From positions 21,830 to 85,829 of the forward strand of contig JAYKGY010000043.1 of assembly GCA_035285545.1 (NCBI GenBank): a stretch of 64,000 bases of DNA, in the 5' to 3' direction. The notes beneath the pieces were generated by a model, which saw only the letters and a list, made by a program, of their open reading frames with translations, did no database searches and had not been told where the DNA came from. The translations under genes and the position numbers were made by a program. Each line of letters opens with the position of its first letter. Position 1 is the stretch's first letter. Shown here one piece after another: positions 52,198-62,300 of this stretch. The DNA comes from Snowella sp. GTDB taxonomy: Bacteria > Cyanobacteriota > Cyanobacteriia > Cyanobacteriales > Microcystaceae.

Positions 52198-53313
52198 TTA
52201 ATTACGTGCCGGCGATTTTTCGAGAATTTCCACTAAAATCCATTTGCGATCGCTGCTATCGGCGGGAGGATTGGGAATCCGTTCTTCTCGAACTTTGAGT
52301 TTGTAAAGATTGCCGGGTTCAAAGGTGAAACCTTCAATTGCCCCATAAAAGAAACGCCATTGTTCAGCCGCTGATTCCTTAACCTGTAAGCAGTCCATCC
52401 GCATTACCCCCGTGCAGGGAACCGTTTGACTATTCACATAAATAATTTTTTCGATGCCTTTTGTGTAGGCTGGATCGGGAATAAAAGTTAACGTTTGAGT
52501 GGTTTGACCATCCTGATATTGAATTTTTAATTCACCTTTAGCATTAATTTCATAGCGATTGGCGGCGGCTAACGCTTGTAAAAAGTCGCTTTCATGCTTC
52601 ATGGTATCGCCAGGGCAAGCCATGCGGGTTGTTCCTAATGGGGATTTAATGTCCAGTTGATTACCCTGTACGCTGTAATTTCCCATAAAGCGATTGCACC
52701 CGGCTGATCCCCCAATCCGATTTCGTTCAAACCTGACGGTAATCGGTCTAGCCGTAACGGGTTTAGTTTGGCCCATTGATACCAGTTGCCAAGAAGTCTT
52801 GTCCAGTCTGTTGGTACTACTCATGGGAGCGGGGGTAAAAACTAAAGTTTGGGTTTTCTGCCCATCCCGATATTGAATTTCCAGTTCCCCTTTGCCGTTA
52901 ATGGTGTAATTTTTCGCAGAGGATAAGGCTTTTAAAAAAGTGCCTTCTTGCTTCATTAAGTCTTCTGGGCAAGCCATCATGGTAGAAGCTAAGGGGGAAC
53001 CAATGGTGAGTTCATTGCCTTTGACTTTAAACCCGCCCATATAACGGTTACAACCGGATGATCCGGAGAGACGATCTTGGGTAAAAGAAAGCGTAATCGG
53101 CTTTTCTCCAATCGGTTTAGCAGTTCCTAAAGAACGGAGTTGCCAAGCGGTATTGTTTAAATTTGGTGTATTTTGAGCCGGTTTAACGGGGCTGGCTTGA
53201 GCCGATGGTAAGATTTGACCTGGGAGAAAACCACTGGTTAAACTAATCAAAGTAATGCCTGTACTCGCAGATAAGGCACTTAATCTAATTACTATTTTGC
53301 TTAACTTAAGCAT
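52198..53313 (-). CDS. Secreted protein with two META (HslJ-like) domains and a C-terminal DUF4377-like domain
   Basis: GSSGCNRYMG...STMMAC and GSAGCNRFMG...TTRMAC; VPCTGV..MDCLQVK...IEGFTFEPG. Confidence 0.85.
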   Translation of the reverse strand: MLKLSKIVIRLSALSASTGITLISLTSGFLPGQILPSAQASPVKPAQNTPNLNNTAWQLRSLGTAKPIGEKPITLSFTQDRLSGSSGCNRYMGGFKVKGNELTIGSPLASTMMACPEDLMKQEGTFLKALSSAKNYTINGKGELEIQYRDGQKTQTLVFTPAPMSSTNRLDKTSWQLVSMGQTKPVTARPITVRFERNRIGGSAGCNRFMGNYSVQGNQLDIKSPLGTTRMACPGDTMKHESDFLQALAAANRYEINAKGELKIQYQDGQTTQTLTFIPDPAYTKGIEKIIYVNSQTVPCTGVMRMDCLQVKESAAEQWRFFYGAIEGFTFEPGNLYKLKVREERIPNPPADSSDRKWILVEILEKSPARN

Positions 53314-53409
53314 AATTCTTGATATCCCTTCTTTTATCCTGTTTTTTATCTTATCATTTTCTTCTGAAGCTTTTTCTCTAGTATTCACTATTTGAACAGT
53401 CCACTTTTG

Positions 53410-54123
53410 ATGAAACCCTATCAGCAAGTCCCAATTGAAGAGTGTGGTGAACCCTTATTAGCGATCGCGTTCCCCCATGTGGTTTTAACAGAGCCGCCGC
53501 CCTATCAGCAATTGGGAGCCGATTATCAGGGAAAATCACCCTATTTTTTGCGGCAGAGTGTTATTGAAGCCCTCGATAAAGCCCAAGCCAGTTTGGCGCA
53601 ACGTTATCCTGGTTGGAAAATTTTGATTTTTGATGCTTATCGTCCGGTTCAAGTTCAACAATTTATGGTGGATTACACTTTTCAAGGTTTACTCGACCAG
53701 CAGGGCTTATCGGCTGAGAATTTATCCCCAAAAGAGCGCGAGGATTTATGGCAACAGGTTTACAAAATTTGGGCAGTTCCCAGTTATGATTTAGCCACGC
53801 CGCCGCCCCACAGTACAGGGGCAGCCCTAGATATTACGCTGTTAGATGGGTCGGGAAATCCAGTGAATATGGGGGGAGAAATTGATGATTTGGCGGATTG
53901 GTCTGATCCAAATTTTTATCGCGATCGCCCCGATGCCCAATCCCAAATGTTTCATTATCATCGAGAGTTGTTGCGGGAGGTGATGGAATCCGCCGGCTTT
54001 TTACGACACCTAGGGGAATGGTGGCATTTTTCTTTGGGCGATCAGATGTGGGCTTGGCTGTTTAATCAACGGTGTGCTCAAGATTCAGCTTATCCAGCGA
54101 TCGCGAGATATGGGCGGATTTGA
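53410..54123 (+). CDS. D-alanyl-D-alanine dipeptidase (M15D, VanX/DdpX-like)
   Basis: FDAYRP, PPHSTGAALDITL, EWWHF. Confidence 0.9.
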   Translation: MKPYQQVPIEECGEPLLAIAFPHVVLTEPPPYQQLGADYQGKSPYFLRQSVIEALDKAQASLAQRYPGWKILIFDAYRPVQVQQFMVDYTFQGLLDQQGLSAENLSPKEREDLWQQVYKIWAVPSYDLATPPPHSTGAALDITLLDGSGNPVNMGGEIDDLADWSDPNFYRDRPDAQSQMFHYHRELLREVMESAGFLRHLGEWWHFSLGDQMWAWLFNQRCAQDSAYPAIARYGRI

Positions 54124-54147
54124 ATATCCAACTATCAAACGGACGCA

Positions 54148-54232
54148 TTGCAGCTAATTTCAATAACAATGAAAGTATAAAACACCTTGATAGAAAAGCT
54201 TCTGCCCCTTCTTTTTTTGAAAAATGACTATA
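54148..54232. repeat. Degenerate relative of the 49984-50079 element
   Basis: Shared 14-mer TTTCAATAACAATG and a similar internal CTT(T/G)ATAG(C/A)AAGC-like stretch; ends in TGAAAAATGACTATA. Confidence 0.35.
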
Positions 54233-54235
54233 GAA

Positions 54236-54628
54236 CTATTTTTTCCGAATCGGGCATCGATAGCGGACAAGGGGAGGATTGTCCGTAATATCCGTTAAAC
54301 GCTTCTGATCCTTAGAAAGCCTAAAACGAAGAGATTGCTGCCATTTTTCCCCTTCACCAGAAAAATCAGCAACGACATGAAGCTCAAGTTTTCCTTCCGT
54401 CTTGATAGACCGCACAGAGCCATGACTTTCATAAAAGTGTAGTTCTTTAGCCGTTATTTTTAGCTGCGTATCATCCAAGGAACCACACTGTTTCAAGTTT
54501 TCCATCCATAAACCCTGAAAGCGGGCTGGAATCGACTTGTGGGTTTCTCCGGCGATCGCGCTTCCCGCTAGTAGGAAGACCGTCATCAATACTTGACTCA
54601 GAGAAATAAAAATTTTAGTGTTTTGCAT
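54236..54628 (-). CDS. Secreted hypothetical protein
   Basis: Signal peptide ...SAIA; IPARFQGLW...C...L.I....FYES.G....SGEGEKW...RYRC. Confidence 0.7.
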   Translation of the reverse strand: MQNTKIFISLSQVLMTVFLLAGSAIAGETHKSIPARFQGLWMENLKQCGSLDDTQLKITAKELHFYESHGSVRSIKTEGKLELHVVADFSGEGEKWQQSLRFRLSKDQKRLTDITDNPPLVRYRCPIRKK

Positions 54629-55128
54629 CTGCTTATAAACTAGTGACAATAACAAAATTTATTGCATAATCAATGCGCTAAAGGCTTAAACAGTTGTAAG
54701 TCCCATATATCGGTATAAATTTAGGACAGATAAAACGCTTAGACAACATCGTTGTTAGACTCTCAGTCCTGCTAATTGATCGGCAATACTCGCGTCTATT
54801 TTTCCTTATTGTATGTAAATTTGATTGTTTTGATACTAATTATATCAAGACGAAGATCTCCATAGAGTTGCTTTGAGTTACGCCAACCAAAACTACATTG
54901 ACACGAAATTTAGGGTACAACGATGAGAACAAGGAGAGACTATACAACAGAAAAAACACTTGACCCTATTTCAGTCGCGTCTAGTACCTTAAGTATTAAT
55001 TCGTAAATAAAAACACTGATAAAAAATCTCAATATTAATCCCTACAATTAAAATTTCAGAAAGTGTATTATGAACACTTATAAATTTTACATAGTCGATC
55101 ACGTGAGAAATATTCTTAATATTCACAA

Positions 55129-56941
55129 ATGTGTTCCTTCCCCCTATTAAATTGGGTAACGATTTTGTCCCTTATCGCGATCGCTGTTCCTCAACCTAAG
55201 GATCAACGCTACTCCCGTTACTCCCCTTGAGACCACTCCTGAACTCAAAGATATTGTTCCTGAAAAAAACGATAATCCTGTTCTAGAGCCTGAAAAAAAT
55301 GATAATTCTGTCTTAGAAAGTGAAAGCCCAACGCTGGCGAAAGAAACCTGTGATTTTCAATCCAATACAAATCTGGTTAGTCCTGAAATTATAAATTTAG
55401 GGCAATTGAATGTCGATGGGCAAACGGTTGTATTGCAACTCAGCGGTAGTACTGTCTTGACTAAAGAGAGTCTAGATAATCAAAAAGAAATTAATGATAT
55501 TTTTGAACAAAATCAAGGAAAAGCACTCAATAAAACAGATTTTATCGAAATTTATCAAGATATTGCTGAATCGCTAACTCAAATTTATCTTAATCAAGGT
55601 TATATCACTTCAAAAGCTGTTCCTCAGGAAAAATTAGAAATTCCCATTGATGGTATTGTTACGATTCCTATTCTCGAAGGACGTTTGAAAGAAATTGTTC
55701 TAATCAATAGGGGAAGACTAAATCCTAACTATATCTGCGATCGCGTGGGCTTAGGTGTGGGTGTTCCCCTTAACATTATTCAAATCGAAGAACAACTCAG
55801 ATTACTCAAACAAAATCCCCTTTTATCAGGTATTAACGGCAGCCTTAAGGAGTCAGGCACAGCAGGATTCAGTATTCTTGAAATCACGGTTCAGGAGAAC
55901 CAACCATTCAGTGCAAACCTCAGTTTTGATAACTATTCCCCCATTAGTTTAGGCTCGGAAAGAATGGGAATTTTTCTGGGATACAAAAATCCGACGGGTT
56001 TAGGAGATGATATCTCAGCAAACTATTATCGTTCCACCACAGGCGGCTTGAATATAGCAGATTTTAGCTATCGTGTTCCGCTCAATCCGATGGAGGGCAC
56101 TCTACAATTACGGGCTACCCCGACTTGGACAAAAGTAACTCAAGCCCCCTTTGATCAATTCGATATCACGGGAACGAATCCAGCCTATGAAATTAGTTAT
56201 CGTCAGCCGTTAGTACGGAGTATTCGAGATACCTTAGCGCTTTCTCTTGGATTTCGTTATCAAGACGGAGAAACTCTCGGTTTAGGCCGACCCGATTTAT
56301 TTGGAAATAGTCGTACCAGTGTTATTCAATTTAGTCAAGATTATGTGCATCGAGAGCTTGATGGTGTATGGTTTTTCCAATCCCAATTAAACTTTGGTAC
56401 GGGTTTATTTAACGCCACTCAAAATGCTGATCCTCTGCCTACCGGCAATTTTTTTAACTGGATAGCTCAAGGTCAACGATTGCAACGATTAACGGAAGAT
56501 CAATTATTAATTCTTCAAGGCAGTTTACAGCTTACCCCGGATAGCCTTTTACCCGATTATTTATTTATTATTGGCGGTGGTCAATCAGTACGGGGTTATG
56601 TGCAAAATGCCCGTTCTGGCGATAATGGGTTTCGTTTTTCCATTGAAAATCGCATTACTTTAGTACGGGATGCAGAGGATGTTTCTATCTTTGAAGTTGC
56701 GCCTTTTATGGATATGGGATCCGTTTGGAATAGTGCGGGTAATCCCACTCAGTTGCCTCCCAATACTTTTTTAATGAGTACAGGTCTAGGACTCATTTGG
56801 AATAATGCTTTTTTTATTAATGGGCTAAATCTACGGTTTGATTATGGCTTACCCATTATTGATCTGCACAGTCCTGTAAATAATCTTCAAAATGATGGTA
56901 TTTATTTTCAACTAAATTATCAGCCATCATTTAAAAAATAG
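55129..56941 (+). pseudogene. TpsB (ShlB/FhaC/HecB) outer-membrane transporter, frameshifted just after its signal peptide (or a sequence error)
   Basis: Body: YLNQGYITS POTRA, ILEGRL, FDN...G, IGGGQSVRGY, FMDMG. The body frame is open from 55160, but the signal peptide MCSFPLLNWVTILSLIAIAVPQP (ATG 55129) is in another frame. Confidence 0.7.
55259..55318. repeat. 30-bp tandem repeat (PEKNDNPVLE / PEKNDNSVLE)
   Basis: CCTGAAAAAAACGATAATCCTGTTCTAGAG followed by CCTGAAAAAAATGATAATTCTGTCTTAGAA. Confidence 0.8.
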
Positions 56942-57005
56942 CTTTTTTAGCAATAATTTTAATTATTTTTTCTATTATCTAATACTGAAATACTGAATCT
57001 AATAC

Positions 57006-58241
57006 ATGAATGAGCTAACGAATTCCAATGATGCTATCAACCTTGTAATTAGTCGCTATCAAACGGCTTTGGACTGCTTGGACAAACCCAAGATTAAACT
57101 ATCAGCCCAGCAAGTTTTAGAAATTTTAGCGGCACGGGATGAACTTCAACGAGCTTTAAAGGATGAGCAAGCTATCCCCCCTGATTTGCTCTCTCAGATT
57201 TATGATTTAGACGCTAAGTTGAAAGGAAAAGCCGACAAAATCAATCGAGCGATCGCATTGGCGGAGTATCGAGAAAGTTTACCCGAACCGCCCCAAGATT
57301 GGTGGTGGCAACTAGACAGTAAAAATGCAAATTTATTATTCAAGGCAATCTCTATCCTGACTTGGACAGGAAGTTTAGGATTGTTGGCAAATATTGCCAG
57401 TCGTTTTTTAAGTGGTGGAGTCGGGGTTGTGGGAGCTGCCGCTATTTTTTTTCCTAGCTTTTTGACCATGCTTCAAGCGAGAAGTGAACTCACGGAAGCG
57501 GGACAACAACGTTTTGAAAATACCTTGATTCAATTAGGAATTCCTCATCAGTATCGGGAACCCATTAAATTTTTGACGCTGTTGATGTTGTTTGGCTTCT
57601 TATTAGGTTTTTGGTTTTTGATTCCCAGTATTTCTGAAATTTATAATCAGCAGGGACTGCGGAGTGCGAAAAAGGGAAATTTGGGAACGGCTCATGAAAA
57701 TTATCAACGGTCGATTGCCTTGAATCTTGATAACGTCGATGCTCACTATAATCTGGGAAGTCTGTATGAAGATTTACAGGAATTTGATAAGGCGAAGATG
57801 GAATATCTTATTGCTGTGCAAGGAAATGTTCCAGAAGCCTATAATAATTTAGCGCGGTTATTTATCCGAGAAAAAAAATATCCCGAAGCCGTTTCTCTGA
57901 TACAACAAGGTCTTTTACTTGCTGGGAAAACCGAGGGGCCAACGGAAGTAAAATATAACCTGTTTAAAAATTTAGGATGGGCCAGATTTGAGCAAAATCG
58001 AGACCTCGAAGCTTGGCAAGCTTTACAAGTGGCAACAGGGATAGCTAAAAGTCCAGAAATCGCCCCCTATATTGCTAATCCAGGGTCTTCCTATTGTTTA
58101 TTGGCCCAAGTACTGGATAGATTAAAACAGCCCTCGATCGCCGAATGGAAAAAATGTAACGAATTAGGCTCTACTCTTAATCCTGATGAGGATACCTGGT
58201 TAAATCTTAGCTATCAAAAACTACAGGAGGCAAAACCATGA
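57006..58241 (+). CDS. Membrane-anchored TPR protein
   Basis: Helical N-domain ending in WWW, ~3 hydrophobic segments, TPRs (AHYNLGSLYE, AYNNLARL, KNLGWARF). Confidence 0.8.
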   Translation: MNELTNSNDAINLVISRYQTALDCLDKPKIKLSAQQVLEILAARDELQRALKDEQAIPPDLLSQIYDLDAKLKGKADKINRAIALAEYRESLPEPPQDWWWQLDSKNANLLFKAISILTWTGSLGLLANIASRFLSGGVGVVGAAAIFFPSFLTMLQARSELTEAGQQRFENTLIQLGIPHQYREPIKFLTLLMLFGFLLGFWFLIPSISEIYNQQGLRSAKKGNLGTAHENYQRSIALNLDNVDAHYNLGSLYEDLQEFDKAKMEYLIAVQGNVPEAYNNLARLFIREKKYPEAVSLIQQGLLLAGKTEGPTEVKYNLFKNLGWARFEQNRDLEAWQALQVATGIAKSPEIAPYIANPGSSYCLLAQVLDRLKQPSIAEWKKCNELGSTLNPDEDTWLNLSYQKLQEAKP

Positions 58242-59326
58242 CACGACCCCATTTTGTATTCATCCTGTTTACAGGAATAATTTTGGGATTAGGCTTAGGG
58301 GGGAGCACTTCTCCTGCCCAGGCCCGACCCACAGCCCTCAACTTAATTTCCGAAATTAGGGGCAATGTTTTGCTCAAGCGGAGTCAATGGCAAAATTTTA
58401 AAAAAGCCAATGTCGGGGATTTACTGAATGTTTCGGATCAATTAAAACTAGAAGCAGGGGCATCAGCAACAATTCTTTGTAATAACCTAAAAATTTGGAC
58501 AGTTCCAACAAATAAAGTGACGTTGGTTTCTGAGGGATGTGGGACTAGCGGCTTAACCTCGGTACAAGCTAACGCCTCATTAATTCGTACCCGTGGTGAT
58601 GCTCAGCTTTATATTCTTAGTCCCAGAAATACTCATATTTTCACAGAACGTCCCCTATTCCGGTGGAGTGAAGTCCGGGGAGCTAAAGAATATACAGTTC
58701 AATTAATCGAAAATGGAGCGGAACCCATTTGGCAAGCACAAACTGACAAAACTCAAATTGAGTACCCAGGCACACCAGCTATCAAACCAGGATCTCGTTA
58801 TTGGTTAATTGTCAAGACGGATAACGACGTTTCTTCCAGTGAGCCTTCTCCCCAATTTAAACGATTAACACCAGAGAAAAGTCAATCACTCCAATCCCAA
58901 ATTCAACAAATCCAGTCGCAAAATTTGTCCTCAGAGATAGAAGCTTTGGCAATAGCCCATTTGTATCGAGTTTATGATGTGAATGCTGAAGCGATCGCGT
59001 TATTGGAAGACCAAGTAAAACTAGGAAAATCCTCCTCTCCTTCCTACACAGTTTACAAGTTATTAGGAGACAGCTACCGACAAGTGGGGTTAACCAAGGA
59101 ATCGGAAGCGGCCTATCTCCAAGCTCTCACGTTAGCCCAACAGAGCAATGATGTTGCTGCTCAAGCCGAGATTCAATATCAATTGGGTGATATGCAATTG
59201 GATTTGAATAATCTCTCTGAGGCCAAAAGGTTAATGCTTGAGGCTCAAAAGTCCTACCAAGTTCTAGGGGATATGGCTAAAACCCAAGAAATTAATCAAT
59301 TACTTCAAGAAATTGGCGTAAATTAA
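58238..59326 (+). CDS. Secreted protein with FecR-like N-domain, beta-sandwich middle and TPR C-terminus
   Basis: Signal peptide ...PAQA; ISEIRGNVLLKR...VGDLL..SDQLKLEAGASATILC; SPRNT...P.FRW...Y.V; TPR helices; 4-bp overlap with the upstream gene. Confidence 0.7.
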   Translation: MTRPHFVFILFTGIILGLGLGGSTSPAQARPTALNLISEIRGNVLLKRSQWQNFKKANVGDLLNVSDQLKLEAGASATILCNNLKIWTVPTNKVTLVSEGCGTSGLTSVQANASLIRTRGDAQLYILSPRNTHIFTERPLFRWSEVRGAKEYTVQLIENGAEPIWQAQTDKTQIEYPGTPAIKPGSRYWLIVKTDNDVSSSEPSPQFKRLTPEKSQSLQSQIQQIQSQNLSSEIEALAIAHLYRVYDVNAEAIALLEDQVKLGKSSSPSYTVYKLLGDSYRQVGLTKESEAAYLQALTLAQQSNDVAAQAEIQYQLGDMQLDLNNLSEAKRLMLEAQKSYQVLGDMAKTQEINQLLQEIGVN

Positions 59327-59370
59327 TTTTTTTGCTTAATCTAATTTTTTCCTAACCATTCACCACCACA

Positions 59371-62300
59371 ATGAAGACTCTCTCTACTCTCCTAACGCGA
59401 TCGCTGGTTACTGCCTTTTTGCTTCCCCTGGGAACAGCGAATAGTCTTTTGGCCCAAGTTACGCCCGCCAATGATGGCACAGGAACGGTTGTTAATATCA
59501 ATGGTAATCAATTCAATATTGAGGGAGGAACCCTATCCGGCAATGGGGCAAACCTCTTTCACAGTTTAGAAAAATTGGGCTTAAATCGCGATCAAATTGC
59601 CAATTTTCTGGCCAATCCCCAGGTACAGAATATTTTGACTCGTGTGGTGGGCGGTGATGCGTCGATCATTAATGGTCTGATTCAGGTTTCTGGGGGGAAT
59701 GCCAATCTCTATCTGATGAATCCTGCGGGCGTTATTTTTGGCCCGAATGCCATGATTAATGTCCGTGGGGATTTTGTCGTCACGACGGCGACGGGGATTG
59801 GTTTTGGCAATGATCAATGGTTTAAAGCCGTTGGCAGCAATGATTACCAGACGTTAATCGGCAATCCGTCCCAGTTTGCTTTCGATTTGGCAAATCCTGG
59901 GGCAATTTTAAATGCGGGCAATTTAAGCGTTGGGGAAGGGCAAAATATTTCGCTAATCGGTGGCTCGGTGTTAAATACGGGAACGATTAGTGCCCCTGGG
60001 GGAGATATTACCATCGCGGCTATCCCTGGAACGAGTCGAGTGAAAATTTCTAAGGCGGGAAATTTGGTCAGTTTGGAGGTAGAATTGTCACCAAACCCTG
60101 ACATGGCTCAACAAATTTTGCCGCTAGATTTGCCAACTTTGTTGACGGAAGGGGCAAAATCGGGTGTGATCCTCCCAGAAAATACGGAGAAAATTTTGGC
60201 TCCAGGATCGGTAATTACGGAGGGAGAAATCAGCGCGGCAGGAACCCAGGGAGGACAGGTTGCTCTGGTTGGTCAGCAGGTGGGTGTGATTAATGGTTTG
60301 ATTGATGCGTCGGGGGTGAATGGGGGCGGAACGGTTCGGATTGGTGGGGATTATCAGGGTCAAGGTTCAATTCCGAATGCGACAAGCACTTTGATTGATG
60401 CAAATTCCCAGATTAAGGCGGATGGATTGGGTCTAGGTGATGGCGGTAAGGTGATTGTTTGGGCGGATGGCAATACTCAGTTTGATGGGGCAATTTCGGC
60501 GAAGGGGGGTTTGTTAGGGGGAAATGGCGGTTTTGTGGAAACTTCTGGCAAAGATAGTTTGACGGTTTCTGGTGCAGTAGAGGCCAATGCTTTTAATGGC
60601 AACTCAGGAACTTGGTTAATTGACCCCACTGATATAACTATCGTTAATGGGACTGGTGCAATTGGGAGCAGTTTGGTTGGCGCAAGTACCATTAATGATG
60701 CTCTCAATAGTGGAACAAATGTAATTATTACCACTGCTATTGGTGGTTCTCAATCAGGGAATATTACCCAAAATAGCAATGCAGCAATTAACTGGAGTTC
60801 TAGCAGTTCTCTAACGTTGAATGCTGATCGAGATATTACTATCAATGGCTCCATCACGGCTACAGGTTCAGGGGCAGTAAATCTCAATGCGGCTCAATCA
60901 ATTGGGCTTCGGGATGGGTCAAGTATTCAAACCACTAGCGGTGCAGTTAATTTAACTGCCAATCAAGGAGGAATTAGTGCTGTCGGTTCTACTATTACCA
61001 CAACGACAGGAAATATTACTCTGACAGGAACAAATAATAGCTCTGGAAGTTTTAATGATGGCATTCTGTTATTTGATAATTCTGCTATCAGTTCACAAGA
61101 TGGCAATATTCACCTTGAAGGTACTAGCAATGCTAATGGAGAGAATAATGATGGAGTTGAAATTAATCCTAATTCCTCAGTATTAGTAGAGACAACAGGA
61201 AGCGGCAATATTACTATTATTGGTACTGCTACTGTTAGTGGGGAAGGAGTCAATACGGGAAGAACAAAGACAAATACAGGTAGCATTAATATTACAGGAA
61301 CAGGAATTAATGATCCTGATGGAGAAATTAAGATCTTTCAAGTTGAATCAACTGGCGGCGGAAACATTACTCTAACTGGCAATACGATTGGTTTTGATGG
61401 TGATATCAAAAGCACTGGCAACTTAGTCTTACAACCTTTAACTCCATCGACTTCGATAGGAATTGGAAATAGTGCAAGTGGGACTTTTAATCTCAACAGC
61501 ACGAAACTTACTAGGATTCAAAATGGCTTCAATTCGATCACTATTGGACGCAGTGATAGTAGCGGTACGATTAATGTAGCAGGAGACGTAGCTTTTAATG
61601 ATCCCGTTACCTTACGTTCTCCTGCTGGTGGTAGCATCAATTTCAACTCAGGTAGCAGCCTCAACACTAATAATAATTTCCTGACGTTAAATGCAGGTCA
61701 AGATATTACTTTAAACTCGAATTCTTCTATTTCAACAGGAACAGGAAATGTTCAATTTGATGCAGCTCGAAGTATTACGCTGAGTTCAGGTTCAAGTATT
61801 ACAACTACTAGCGGTGCAATTAATCTAAATGCCAATAAAAATGGAACAGGAACAGGCAATTTTATTGGCATTCCTCTTTCTAATTCTTCAATTACTTCAC
61901 AAACAGGAAATATTACTTTATTTGGGCAAGGTGGCAATACAAGCGGCTTTGGCAATGATGGGATTGGGACAGGAGCAAATACAATTGAAACGGGTGGCAA
62001 TATCACTTTAACAGGGATTGGTGGAGCGGGTGATGGTAGCTCTGGAATTGATTTATATGGTGGCTTAATTAACGCAACTGGAACAGGCAATATTAATATC
62101 ACAGGAACAGGGGGGACAGGAAATACAAGTAATGAAGGTATCCTTATTTATAATGGTGGGAAAATCCAATCAGCAAGCGGTTATATCAATTTAGTGGGGA
62201 TTGGACAAACTGGAACTGGCAGTGAAGGAATAACAGGAAAAACTCTTGGGTCTGAGACGGGAACAATTGGTAGTGCAGCGACTACAGGTGAGATTACTTT

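Noticed and set aside
55070..55150. ATG 55070 as the tpsB start
   Set aside because: In frame with the body but blocked by stops at 55148 and 55157, and lacks a hydrophobic signal region; ATG 55129 plus one frameshift is simpler
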